Counted from the first letter of the stretch, positions 31,480 to 44,594 are shown. The stretch: 64,000 nucleotides of DNA from the human T2T-CHM13v2.0 reference genome, Homo sapiens (GCF_009914755.1 NC_060925.1); one strand, 5' to 3'. Numbers and translations are program-made. Notes: generated by a model from the sequence alone, not told the origin.

Positions 31480-31990
31480 GAGGCCCTGCGAGCCCCCGTG
31501 GAGTCGCCTGAGCCAGATGCTCCGCACCCAGCCTCCCCAAGCCCCGGCCGGCTGCCCTCCAGGTGCGGGCTCCAGGCCCTCTCGCGCGGCTTCGGGGCTC
31601 GGCCGAGCCCGGGCCTAGTATCCAGAGTCGAAGCAGCCGCCGGGAGGTCTGGGTGGGCAGGGAGGCCGAGAGGACGGTGCACCGCCCGGCAGCGCTGAGA
31701 CCTGGCCGCCTAGGCCACCCTGCCCGGCGAGGGAGAGGGGTGTCTCCTGCCTGGAGCGCTCCGCGGTGGCCCGAGAGCAGGTGCTGGCGTGCGGGAGGCG
31801 CACGTGGAGCCCTGCGGTCTGTTCCACCTGCAGAGGCACAATTGCCCAGCGTGGGGTGGAAGGCAGGCTGGGAGCTCCCGGGACGCGGCGTGGCAGCGCA
31901 GGGCTCGGCTAGATGCGCTCCTCCTCGGACTGGTTGAGTAAGGGAGGAGGCTCGTCCTGAACGTGCACAGCCGCTCCTAACTCCGTCAAC
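31480..31990. promoter_or_regulatory. Intronic CpG island 1
   Basis: Abrupt rise in GC and CpG density (e.g. ctcgcgcggcttcggggctcggccgagcccggg), not Alu-derived; E-box CACGTG at 31801-06. Confidence 0.8.
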
Positions 31991-32240
31991 GGAATTTCAC
32001 TCAACTCCGAGACTGAAGCATTTTATTGGCAGCATTTAGAATCGGGGAAAAATCTACCTTCTGTTTAGCAGTTGCTCTTTTCTGAAGCAGAAAATTATCT
32101 CTAGGGATGACTTAGTAATAGGGTACCCCATTGCCATGTGGGTCAGGGATTGGGGGAATGTCCGGATCCTGCCAATGCACCTCTGTAAAAGGTGGCATTC
32201 AGCCTGGGAGGAGAGGAGCTGGCAGGGCAGGCCGCCCCCA

Positions 32241-32320
32241 GACACGCACAGGCCCAAGCTCTGTCCTGCAGCCCCTCCCGGACACGCACAGGCCCTGAGC
32301 CCTGTCCTACAGCCCCTCTC
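32241..32320 (+). repeat. ~40-bp tandem duplication (2 copies)
   Basis: GACACGCACAGGCCC...CTGTCCTRCAGCCCCTC at 32241 and 32281. Confidence 0.85.
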
Positions 32321-33337
32321 CTGTTGTCATTTGCTATCAGGGCAGTTCTACCGCCGCCACTAAGCTTTGCTTCTCCCAACACAACCAAGAGACGGACATA
32401 TAGCAGTGAATACTGTCTGGATGGTTTAGCATGTCTGGGGCGGGGGTCTTTCTATTGCCTGCAGGGGTTTCCGAGTCTACCCAGCAGGTGCTCACCAGGA
32501 GTGGGGGCTGTGACTGGGACCCATGGCCTGTGGTGTGAGGGGTGAGGGGCCACTGTGTACTGTAACCGGGAGCAGCCTGGAAGAAGGCCCCTGCTCCCCC
32601 TTCCCTCCGGCGCCTCTTACTCAGGAAATCTTAATGTGGGAAGGATGTGTATGGGGCTCCATAAGCAACACTGACCCAGTCCTGGGGAGAGACAAACCCC
32701 TCGTCCGCTCTCAGATCATCCTCAGAGATCCTCTGGGGCCTCTGAGTTGAATCCCAGGCTCTCCCCTGCTTTCGCGAGGACCCAAGGCTTATGCACACAG
32801 AGGGTTTCTGGTTGGAACACCTAAAAGTTGATTGATGACAGAGAGATGGTGCTAAACTGGCATATTCCAAAGCAATCTTGGTATTTGTTCTTTGTCACCT
32901 TCCTCAAGGCTCAAGGTGCTTTTTGGGCTAAAATGGGGCATTCTGTGAACGTGTGCTACTTTTGAAAAATAGAGGAAGGGGTGTTGGAAGCCTAGACTGG
33001 TTCTCTTGCCACTCCTCAAAAAGCAAAATTTTGCAGCCCAAATATTAAAAATTGACTCCGCGTATTTCTTCTCCCCCACAGTGGCACACAACTGGGCAGG
33101 CTCCATCTCGTCTGCTGCTGGAACCCACTAGAAACCAAATGAGCCCTCCAGCAGGCCTAATCACTCTGATCTGTCATGGACCTTCTAGCTGGAAGAGTTA
33201 TGCCATCATATTATCCCAACACTCATCAGTGTGTGGAGGACCCCCTTTTACTGAATGATTTATTGCTCTTTGCAGAATTCCTTTGGCTGCAGATTTTATT
33301 TCTGAGTCACTCTGTTCAGCTCAATTGGTCGCCTTCA

Positions 33338-33351
33338 GTTACCGTGGCAAC
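33338..33351. promoter_or_regulatory. RFX X-box GTTACCGTGGCAAC
   Basis: Fits GTNRCC-N2-RGYAAC exactly; AP-1 TGAGTCA at 33303-09 and E-box CAGATG at 33355-60 flank it. Confidence 0.55.
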
Positions 33352-33899
33352 CAGCAGATGGGGTTCTTTGACAAGGGTCAGCGGGGAGGCTGCCTTGGTT
33401 TGGACAGAAGAGGAGCTAAATAAAAAGCTTTCAGCATTGACGGTTCCGTAGCGGACGGCCAGGAGTTGTTATCAAATTACTTGCATTAAAACCTAATTAA
33501 GATGTGTGCCAATAAGTGGGCTGTAGTGATTGAATCTGGTTACTTAGCTGCTGTGGGCCCAATCTTATGCCATCACACCTCTGTGGCTAGTTTGACTATC
33601 CCAAGAATGGTCAAATATGAAGGAAATTGAGGAAGACCTCACCACAGTGTGGAACGTGACATACTCTGGGACCACACCAGGAGGGTTTTAGTCTCTGGGA
33701 GCACCAGAAAGTCCCCATTCAAACAGAAACTTCCTGAAAACACAGCAGTGTGCCCCCCAAACCCAAGATGGCAACTGAACAGGACCTCCATGCGTCTGAT
33801 AGTTCCATGTCTTCCGTTAAGACTATTGGTAATTCAGTTGCAAATAGCATTCAACAAAATAAAACTGGCTTGTAATCACTCTGGGTTAAAGAAGTCTAA

Positions 33900-34323
33900 A
33901 TAGAGACATGCCAACTAAGTATGAAGGATCTTTTCTGGAGTGGGAAGAAAGGAACATTATTGGGCCAGTCAACAAGATTAGAATCCAATTCAGTAGGTTA
34001 GATGAAGCTATTAGATCAATATGAAATTGACTGTAGTTGGTAATATACTGTGGTTCTGTAAGAGAATGCCTTTATCCTTAGGAAATACACACTGTAGCAT
34101 ATAAGATAAAAGGGCAATGGTGCATGCAGCTTACTGTCAACTGGTTCTGTACACACACACACACACACACGCACACACACACACACACAGAGAAAGGCAG
34201 GAGAGCGTAATCAATCAGATGGGGCAAAATTATTACAGTAGGTGAATTTGAATAAAGGGTATGTTGGTATTCTCTGTAATATTCTTGCAACTTTTTATAA
34301 GTTTGACATTATTTCCAAATAAA
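33900..34323 (+). mobile_element. Old L1 (L1M-type) 3'-end fragment containing the (CA)n
   Basis: aagggtatgttggtattctctgtaatattcttgcaactttttataagtttgacattatttccaaataaa is typical of L1M 3' ends. Confidence 0.6.
34151..34189 (+). repeat. (CA)n microsatellite, interrupted once
   Basis: Directly visible. Confidence 0.95.
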
Positions 34324-35845
34324 CCCATTTTTAAGGACGGCTTTAGGGTGAGGTAGGGTACAGTGTGCGTGGCAGTGTGGGTTTTCCTGCTGGTGCTTCT
34401 GTATGGCCTTGAGCCACATGCAGCATAGATACTACTCTGCAAAGATTCTGATTTTCAACAATTTCCATTCCTCTGTCCCATTTCCTTTGCACAGTGGGGC
34501 TATCCTCACCATTAGTCTGTTCTTGCTTGAGACAAAGCTGATTAAGGTAACTCTTACTTCAGGCAGATGGTCTTCTAGGTTCTTCAAAGTCTAAGATTCA
34601 TAACGTGTCAACTCCTGTTTCATGGTGTCAGGATCCTTTATTCATGCCCAGTCTTCCAAAGGTATTACAAACTCAGCCTTGGTTCGATAGCACTTGTATT
34701 TTAAGAAGGTTACAAGGTAGTGATTCAACAGGTCTAATTGCCCTAAGATGAAGCTGTGCCTCCTTTTTGGTAGAAGCACTGTTTGAAGAAGTTGGTCTTT
34801 GAAGAGCCTCGGTGATATTGTCAGAGGCTTTAGGTTCCTGTCAGAGGCAGCTGTGCTGGAGCTTGAAGAGCTGAAAGTGTCCCCTTGGCCATGGGCCCAT
34901 TCACTGGGGGCCAGTGTGGCACTGTGGGCTTCCCAACATGGTCTTCCAAGCTTCTGGCCTCTTTTGCATCCTTTGTGCCAACACCAGTCTGTGGATGAGA
35001 TCAATGTGGCTCAGAGTGTGGTTTCCAGAGTACGGTCCTCAAACTGTTACTGGTCTGGGATGAGGCAAGAACTGAAATTGAGTCAGAAATTTTCAAAACA
35101 ATCAAACACTGCTTCCTCCTTTTTATTGTACTCCACAAAACCATTAGTCTACAATAGATTGGAAATTTTAAAAGAATTAAAATCAAGTCTGGTTCTCCTC
35201 ACTGAGCTCATTGGGGAATCCCTGGCCTAGGGATTTCCCTCTTCTCCCGCCCCCAGGCCTCGGAAAATGAACTGGTGTCAGCTGCTGCCCAGAAGGTTAC
35301 CCAGCGTGTTCTCTCTCTCAGGGTCCTTCCCTTAAATTCTCAAGTTTGACATGGAATAGAAGAATGTCGGGCGTTTCAAAAAAGGATTTTGAGATGCTGC
35401 AAAGCTCACTGGATTTAGAGTCAAGAGATGTGGGCTCTAGCGCCAGATTTACTACAGACAGGCTGCCTGACCTTGGGCAAGTCACTTATACTTTCTTGGC
35501 TTCACCATAATGGGCTGAACTGAATGTTCTCTAAGGTGCCTCTCAGCCCTAACATAATATGATTCTTTTCATGAGAAGAGCAGGACTTGATCCCCCCATC
35601 ACTTGGGGGCATCCCCAAGGAGCCCCCTGTTCTTCCTCTGCAGGCAGCCAAGGCTAATTAGGAATCTGAGAGAATGAGCCAGGAAAGGGGCAGTACAGGA
35701 CATACATTCTCTTCATTGAAGGTGGTACCCCCTCCCCACTGCACGATCCTCAGGAAGAATTCCTTTATTGAAACCATTATTGAATAGGGTAGATTTAGGC
35801 ACGGGAAATGTAAACAGCAAACCAGCCACTAAAAGTGCGTTAATG

Positions 35846-36163
<318 letters not shown>

Positions 36164-36482
36164 CTAGAGCGTGTTCCGGAAGCCTCAGCACACTGCTTGT
36201 TCTCACTGATAGGACCTCGTTCACGAGATGGAATTATGTAAAATGCCGCAGCAATGGTTAAGTGTTGGAACAAAGTAATACAGCTTTACATTAACATGGT
36301 TTATTCACTAGAATTAATGACCTAGAGCAGTAATTGCATTTTCAAAACTTCAGCTTGCTGACTAGGTGTATTGCTATGTAAATAGCTAGCGATATTTGAA
36401 GATAGGAACACAGTAAAATCTGTAAAGTAATAGGATTGTAGAAATATGGAGCTGGAGGAGAATGTAGTCATCTTCTAGCCCC

Positions 36483-36784
36483 GAGGCTGGCAAACTTTAA
36501 AAGGTCAGGTAATAAATATTGTAGGCTCCATGGCCATATGTTCTCTGTCGCAGCTACTCGGCCGTTATGGTGCAAAAGCAGCCATAGACAAAACGTGAAT
36601 GAATGGGCATGGCTGGGTTTCAATGAAAGTTTATTTAGGGGCGCTGCAAGTTGAATTTCATGCAGTGTTCACATATTATACTCCTTTTGATTTTTAAAAA
36701 TCATTTTAAAATGTAAAAATCACTCTCAATTGGCAGATCATACAGAAACAGGCAGTGGCCTGTAGTCTGAAGTTTGCCGACCTC
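36483..36784 (+). mobile_element. MER58-family hAT-Charlie MITE inserted in a MIR fragment
   Basis: Terminal inverted repeats gaggctggcaaactt / aagtttgccgacctc; internal gcagccatagaca...gaatgggcatggctg. Confidence 0.8.
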
Positions 36785-37013
36785 ACTTCTAGTTTTCTCC
36801 TCTCATTTCACATGTGAGGAAACTGAGATTCAAAGTGATCACAGGATTTACTTAAGTTCTCATGACTGACGCCAGAGTATTTTAGGAGCAGACTAGGAGA
36901 GTTTTCATGTAGACAGTTGGTTGTTTTGATGATGAAAATTGAAGCCACACAAAAATTATTCTCCAGAAGAACTCATTTCGTATGTGTGATTAATACTGTG
37001 AATTAGAATGTAC

Positions 37014-37112
37014 CAGTGGTTCTCATGCTTAAGAATTCATCAGAGTCATCCAGGGGCCTTATTAAAACACATGCTGCTGGGCCCCACCCTCAGAGTTGAT
37101 GGTTCAGGTCTG
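37014..37112 (+). mobile_element. MER5A-like fragment
   Basis: cagtggttctca...tgctgggccccaccctcagagtt. Confidence 0.7.
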
Positions 37113-37429
37113 GAGATCTTATTTTCTCCATTTTACAAATGGAGAACCTGAGGTTGAGAGAGATACTCAGTCTCAGGCTTAAGGTAAAATAGCTAGCTTG
37201 TGATGTCCCCCATTTCCAAGTTCAGCACTCATAGGATTAGGATTAGAGCTATAAGTAATCATCAAGCAGAGAGGCAGGGCTGCAGTTTTGTTTAGAGAGA
37301 TCCTTCTAGTCTAGCTGTTGCGGGGAGTATGGATTCCAGGGGGCCGTGTGGAAGCACACAACTCTATGAGAAGGCTGTGCAGGAACCTGGATGTGAAGTG
37401 CTGGCAGCTGGACTTCAAGAGTGAAGGTC

Positions 37430-38717
37430 ATGGAATGGATGGGTGGATGGATGAGTGGGATGGATGGATGGGTGGGATGGATGGATGGATAGGTGGGATG
37501 GATGGGTGGGTGGGATGGATGGATGGGTGGATGGATGGATGGATAGGTGGGATGGATGGGTGGGTGGGATGGGTGGATGGGTGGATGGGTGGGATGGATG
37601 AATGGGGGATGGATGGATGGATGGATGGATGGATGGATGGGTGGGATGGATGGATGGATAGGTGGGATGGGTGGGATGGATGGATGGGTGGATGGATGGA
37701 TGGATAGGTGGGATGGATGGGTGGGTGGGATGGATGGGTGGATGGGTGGGATGGATGGATGGATGGGTGGATGGATGGATGGGTGGGTGGGATGGATGGG
37801 TGGATGGGTGGGATGGATGGATGGATGGGTGGGATGGATGGGGGATGGATGGATGGGTGGGATGGATGGATGGATGGGTGGGATGGATGAATGGGGGATG
37901 GATGGATGGATGGGTGGGATGGATGGATGGGTGGGATGGATGGATGGATGGGTGGGATGGATGGATGGATGGGATGGATGGGTGGGATGGATGGATGGGT
38001 GGGTGGGATGGATGGGTGGATGGATGGATGGGTGGGATGGATGGATGGGTGGGATGGATGGATGGATGGTTGGGATGGATGGATGGATGGGTGGGATGGA
38101 TGGATGGATGGGTGGATGGATGGATGGGTGGTATGGATGGATGGGTGTGATGGATGGATGGATGGGTGGGATGGATGGATGGATGGGTGGGATGGATGGA
38201 TGGGTGGGATGGATGGATGGATGGATGGATGGGATGGATGAATGGGGGATGGATGGATGGGGGATGGATGGATGGATGGGTGGGATGGATGGATGGGTGG
38301 GATGGATGGATGGATGGATGGATGGATGGGTGGGATGGATGGATGGATGGGTGGGATGGATGGATGGATGGGTGGATGGATGGGTGGGATGGATGGATGG
38401 ATGGGTGGATGGATGGATGGGTGGTATGGATGGATGGGTGTGATGGATGGATGGATGGGTGGGATGGATGGATGGATGGGTGGGATGGATGGATGGGTGG
38501 GATGGATGGATGGATGGATGGGTGGGATGGATGAATGGGGGATGGATGGATGGGGGATGGATGGATGGATGGGTGGGATGGATGGATGGGTGGGATGGAT
38601 GGATGGATGGATGGGTGGGATGGATGGATGGATGGATGGATGGGTGGGGTGGATGGATGGGTGGATGGATGGATGGGTGGGATGGATGGATGGGTGGGTG
38701 GGATGGGATGGGATGGG
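37430..38717 (+). repeat. (GGAT)n/(GGGT)n compound simple repeat, ~1.29 kb
   Basis: Directly visible; source of the MDGW/PSIH pseudo-ORFs. Confidence 0.98.
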
Positions 38718-39129
38718 AGAGGTTCAGAAGGCCTAGAGGGCTCATCTGTGGAACCAGGAGACTGAGCTGTGGGGATGGTGACTAGGGGTGGTCCCACCCA
38801 CTGAGAGGGTCACAGAGAGAGGAGCATTAGAAGGTGACTCCAGTGTGTCAGGTGGTGAGTTTGAGGTGGGCTTGGAAATGCAAGAGAGAGGCCCGAGGCT
38901 GAGATCAAGTGCTCAGGATCCTTGGCCTCTCCACTTGGAGTCATGAGTGTAGATTTTAAAAATCATGCAGGCGGAACATTTCCAGTCAGGAGAGCACTGA
39001 GCCCAGCCCTGGGTCACACCAGCATTTGAAGGTCTGATGGAGGAGGAAGAGGGACCAAAGGGGAGTGAGAGACCTGTACAGAGTCTAAGAAGGAGAGTGA
39101 TGAGTCGCACTGTGGGCCTTGCTCTGTGG

Positions 39130-39325
39130 CCTTGGTGGCTTAGGTAATCCTGGCTCTGCCTTACCTTGTGTGCGCTTGGGCAAATGATCGCTTCTCTGCA
39201 CCTTGCTTCTCTCATGCATAAAATGCAGATGATAAAGTAACGTGTAGTATTGTTATGAGGATTAAATTAGGGAATGTAAAATGCTTACAATGTTGGGCAT
39301 TTAGTAAATGCTCAGTAAACATTAG
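39130..39325 (+). mobile_element. MIR
   Basis: aatcctggctctgcc...ttgggcaa...tgaggattaaat...tagtaaatgctcagtaaacattag. Confidence 0.78.
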
Positions 39326-40208
39326 AGGAGGCCACTGGGAGGAGTAGAAAAGTGAGTGCATATTTTACAGTTCATGTATTTGCACCTTTGAAATCCATAT
39401 GTTGTTTGAAAAATGTTCTTCATTTCCATGAGGAAGACGCCGCTCCCAGGGAAATAGTGAGTCTAAGCACTTTGAGAACACTTATCTAAGAGGAAGGACA
39501 ATCTTAGCTGTAGTCAGAGTGACCACAGGGAGGAGGCTCTGGTCTGAAAACATTTCAGAACAAAGGATTTTACCACTACCACCAAAACCAAACCCAAAAC
39601 AAAACCCCAAAACAACAACTAAAACCTTCCACTGTAGTCCGTAGGTAGCTCCCAGGGGGAATTGTCCAGTGAAGCAAAAAACTCTCATTGAAAAACATAC
39701 AGGCATAAGGATATAGGCCCCCTCTGGGGAAGGAAGGGGCTGGCCTGGAGAAGAAATCCATTGGTAGTGGCCCTGTGGAGCTGGTGCTAGGTTCACAAGT
39801 GTTCATTTGGTTATTATACCTCATGACTTATGTATACATTGCATATATTTTGTATGTATCACATACAACATAAAAAAATTTAAATCTATGTATTCACTTG
39901 CTTTCACAGTATTCATAGCAAATGAGTGTCTGAAGCATAGGACCAGAGCTGGCAGCTTGCACCGCTTCTGTTTTGCATAAGATATTTTCCCCAGCCCACT
40001 CAGCTCTATAAAGTTGTTTTGTATTTCACCACTTGCTCCATCTTATCTTGAAGCCTTGCATATTTTTTTAAATGCTGGTTCTGATCATGCTTGCAGGGTG
40101 TGGCTCAGAGGATCGCTGTTGGACCAATGGAGATCTGCCTGGGCCCAGCACTCTTATGAGTCCCCTGTGATTTCATCAGCATCTGCCTTTAGAAACCCGG
40201 GCGTGTTT

Positions 40209-40222
40209 GTTCCCATGGTAAC
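40209..40222. promoter_or_regulatory. RFX X-box GTTCCCATGGTAAC
   Basis: Fits the GTTNCCATGGNAAC palindromic consensus; ~550 bp from CpG island 2. Confidence 0.55.
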
Positions 40223-40749
40223 TGCTGCCCCTGACACGCCTGAAATTCCTGGGATGCCCTTGCGTGGAAGGGGAGCCCGTGCTGCCCATTCTACCCCTGC
40301 ATGGGGCAGCTGCTTTTCTCCCTCAGGGTCCCCAGTCCTACCCAGGCAGGGGTGGCAGTTGTTCATCTGCAGATCCTGAAGGACATGGACCCTGTGCCTG
40401 AGATTAGGACGGCCGCACCAGCCTGGGTGCAGGCTCCCTCAAGTGTCCTTCCTCATGGACCCGCGGACCCTACGCTGTGCTGTGAGGGCCGGGGAGCACA
40501 GGGGCTTCCTGGGAGGAGGACTGGCTTCCTGCCCCTGATGGGGCCTGGCCACAGCTCCCAGGGCTCCATGACAGCACAGTGAAGATAGCAACCACATCCT
40601 GGGGGCCCTGGATGCAATCCCTGCCTGTTGCAAAGATGAGATAAAGGCGCGGGAAAGAAGGGTCTGAATTAGGGGTTGAGCTCTGAAATCGGACGATTCT
40701 GTGTTTCCTGCCGCATGGAGGGCGTGTGTGGTTCGCAGGCTGTGGGGGG

Positions 40750-41720
40750 CTTCTTGCAGCGGGGGCTGCTGCCTAAACAGACTCCGCGGGCCCCATGATG
40801 GCAAACCCCCTCGCCCCGTTCATGACTTAATGCCTCCTAGAAGAAAAGGCTAAAAACAAGACACACAGAACAAGAAATTGCACTCTCTCAAAACGACAGT
40901 CGCCCTGAAACGGACGCTGGAAGAGGTTTCCAGGCCCGTGGCGACGGTGAGGGGGGTGAAGGTCGCAGGTGGAGGGCACGGGGCGGCGGCTGCGGAGCCC
41001 GGGGAGGAGGCGGCGGGCGCCCGGGTCTTCCTCGGAGCGCGCCCCCTGGGCTGGGCGGCGTGTCCCTGCCTCCCGCCGGCGCCCTCGTCCCCGCAGCAGC
41101 GTCCCCGCCGCCACCCCGCTGCCTCGTCGCCTTTCTCGCAAACAGCGGTGCCCTCTACGTGGGGGATCCTGGAGGCTGCTGAGCACGAGCGCCCTCCGCG
41201 ACCCGCCCCTGCTCCCGCCTCCACTCTTGCCTCGGGGGGAGGGTCTCAGTCTTCTGCCTAAGGCGCCCTCCTCCCTTGGGAAGTCCGCCGTCCTCTGCCG
41301 TGAAGATTGCCCCTCTCTCCTCCAGTGCCTCCTCCCCAGCGGCTTCGGTGGCTCCCACCCTCCGCACCCCGTCTCGCGACCTCCCCGCCAGCCCAGCCCC
41401 TCACCAGAAGAGGCTTTCTCTTCCAGCCCCTGAAATCTGGCTTCTGCCCCAGCCAGGAGGCTCCGCAGGGCGCTCCGCCACCAGGTGGCATTTCCCACAA
41501 ACCGGCCACTCCGCCCTGACCCCTCTCCTCCCTGGACCTCCGTCTCCCAGTTTTCCTCCCTCCAGGATCCCACTCTCAGTGTCTTGCCGGATTCCAGTCC
41601 ACTGCCAGCCATTGAAGGCGGAGGTTCCTTAACCCCTATCCTGGGGCGAGCCCTTCCCTCTCACTGCAGAAGAGCTTCTCAGCTAGGGGGGTCGTGCGGG
41701 CCCGGAGAGCTGCATTTTTA
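40750..41720. promoter_or_regulatory. Intronic CpG island 2
   Basis: Very CpG-rich core ~40900-41520 with GGCGGCGG/CCGCCC GC boxes; not repeat-derived. Confidence 0.88.
41476..41491. promoter_or_regulatory. Candidate CTCF site (near-palindromic GCCACCAGGTGGCA)
   Basis: Matches the CTCF core CCAC(C/T)AG(G/A)(G/T)GGC on plus and nearly on minus. Confidence 0.65.
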
Positions 41721-42564
41721 ACAAACTCCCCACACTGACAATCTTTGCCAACCCTTCCCAGGCAAATCTTGCCCCCACGTTCATGGTCTCGCCTCCCAGC
41801 AGGTTTGGCCCACCCAGCTAGAGCTCCAGCTCGGCCCTTCCTAAGCCCCAAGTTGCATAGCTGCCTGGTGGGTGCGTGTTCCACAGGTACCTCGGACTCG
41901 CCCTGACCCCAGAACGTCTCTTCTACGCCAGGCCGATCCCTCCTGCCATCCTCTGTCTGTTAAATGGCACTGCCATTGCCTGCAGGACGAAGTCCATATT
42001 TGCTGGTTTGGCTACAGAGTCCAGCGTCGCCTTCCTCTGAGCAGCCTGCAGCCTCTGGTGCAGCCACACTGCACAGCTTGCAGTTTCCAGACACGCATTG
42101 GCCTTTGCAGTGCGGCCCCGAAGTGGGAAGGCCCCGCCCCTGGCCCTGGCCAGAAAAGCACCCACTCATCCTTTCCCATCCCAGCTTGCCCGCTGAGTGA
42201 CTTTGAATCAATGATTCATGTTGTCTGTGCCTCAGTTTCCTTAACCTTAAAGTGGCATAATAATTAGTTCCTGCCTCATGGAATTGTGAGTGCTAAATAA
42301 ACAGTAAGTCTAGTGCCCGACATAAAAGTGCTCAGCATACGACGATCATGAGCCATGTCTAAGCAGGCGCAAGCCCTCCCAGGCTTCTCATCTGCAATAT
42401 TGGCCATTTCTCTTCATGCCTCAGTGTCCTGTTTGAGTTGAGCATGTTTTTTTTACAAGTGAGTCTCTCCTCCATTGGCCGGGAACCGCCCGAGAGCCGG
42501 GAGCATTTGTCATTCTTGATGGACCCCCAGGTCTTAAATCAGTACTTGACCCTTAAGAGGTGTT

Positions 42565-42924
<360 letters not shown>

Positions 42925-43424
42925 TTAACCACCATTAACGATGGTTAAGGACACTTGGGCGCTGGCTCGATTTGACTCCGAGCTTTACCGATTACTTGTG
43001 TGACTTTGTGCAAGTTAATTAACATCTCAGCTTGTTTTCTCATCTGTGAAATGGGGATGATACTAGCATGTACCTCCTAGGACTATAGTGAACTTTTAAT
43101 TAAGATAATTATTGAATTTAACAGGTAGTTTATTAATGAAATTTACATAGGTAATTGTGGCGCAGTGAGCCCAGGGGCTCAAGGTGTTAGCAGTCATCAA
43201 CAGTGCTATTTGAAACTGTGGGTGGATGAAGAGGTGAACTCAACACCACAAATATGACAGAGCAGTAACCACCATGGAAAAGAAAAGAGAGCTTATGTGT
43301 CTAGGACACCCCAAGAAATCTCTTCTGAATGAATGATGGCAATGAAATAGCCATTAACAGAGGGTAGGCTGGTTTGTGCAGGGTTGGAGGCTTTTCCAAA
43401 AATAAATAACTTTCAAAAAATCTC

Positions 43425-43708
43425 AGCCAGGCGCGGTGGCTCATGCCTGTAATCCCAGCACTTTGGGAGGCTGAGGTGGGTGAATCATGAGGTCAGGAGT
43501 TCAAGACAAGCCTGGCCAAGATGGTGAAACCCTGTCTCTACGAAAAATATAAAAATTAGCTGGGCACGGTGGCAGGAGCCTATAATCCCAGCTACGGCAG
43601 GAGAATCGCTTGAACCCAGGAGGCGGAGGTTGCAGTGAGCTGACATAGCACCGCTGCACCCTAGCCTGGGCAACAAAGCAAGACTTCGTATCAAGAAAAA
43701 AAAAAAAA
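43425..43708 (+). mobile_element. AluS with a small right-arm deletion
   Basis: Alu consensus lacking ~11 nt after cagctac. Confidence 0.93.
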
Positions 43709-43717
43709 TCAATCTCG

Positions 43718-44003
43718 GGCCGGGCGTGGTGGCTCACGCCTGTAATCCCAGCACTTTGGGAGGCTGAGGCGAGTGGATCACTTGAGGTCAGGAGTTTGAG
43801 ACCAGCCTGACCAACATGGAGAAACCCCGTCTCTACTAAAAATACAAAATTAGCCGCCGTTGTGGCACATGCCTGTAATTCCAGCTACTCTACTCGGGAG
43901 GCTGAGACAGGAGAATTGTTTGAACCCGGAGGCGGAGGTTGCGGTGAGCCGAGATCGCACCATTGTACTCCAGCCTGGGCAACAAGAGCAAAACTCTGCC
44001 TCC

Positions 44004-44032
<29 letters not shown>
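43718..44032 (+). mobile_element. AluSp-like, in tandem with the previous Alu
   Basis: cctgaccaacatggagaaacccc and aacaagagc diagnostics; A29 tail; aatctc repeated at 43419, 43711 and 44031. Confidence 0.94.
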
Positions 44033-44035
<3 letters not shown>

Positions 44036-44594
44036 CTTTTCCCAATATTTGTAATACTGGGAGTGTTCAAGTTGATTTAAAAATTGAGTCAATTGGAATC
44101 CATCCTCAGCTCTTAGCTGTGAAGGGAGAGCTGCCCCTTCTTAGGGATCTCACTTCTCACAGCAGGGGTGCTTCTGTGTGTGGACATCCTGGTCAGCTGG
44201 TCCCCTGCTGTCTTGTGGGGCTCACACCCAGGCACTTGATTCAGCGGGGTCTGGGTGGTGTCTCCTTCCTCCTTCCCACCCCAGTAATCGCTATAGCCTT
44301 CCCAGGCCCCCAGGTTGCAAAGCACTCTGGACTAAACCTCCTCCAGGTTCTGAGGGCTCCATAGGAGGAAGGTCTAGGCCAGAACCGGCCCCATCGCTGA
44401 AGGTGGAGCCAGGGTGGCCGGCCGTGACCGGTGTTTATGCTGTGAGAGCGGCTTTGGCCCTGCCCATTGCCCTGGATGGGCTGCCATCCCTTTTCAGGAG
44501 TTCAAAACCACATACTGAGCCCATCGGTCCAAAGGACCATCATCTCATTTGATCCAAGCACAGGGCAAGGGACCACATGGACAATGGCTGCTCG

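Noticed and set aside
33649-33903. 84-aa ORF with an internal AATAAA as another SDCCAG8 terminal exon
   Set aside because: GTG start, no convincing in-phase acceptor, and the hexamer lies before the stop.
34560-35230. Coding-looking stretch with ORFs on both strands (possible processed pseudogene)
   Set aside because: No recognisable protein family, poly(A) tail or TSD; a BLASTX/RepeatMasker search would be needed.
37306-38797. Long ORFs (479, 460, 298 aa) of PSIH/MDGW repeats
   Set aside because: Translation artefacts of the nearly stop-free (GGAT)n repeat.
40827-41632. 261-aa and other overlapping ORFs in CpG island 2
   Set aside because: GC-rich sequence lacks stops; all frames are open with Arg/Gly/Pro-rich low-complexity products and no recognisable domain.
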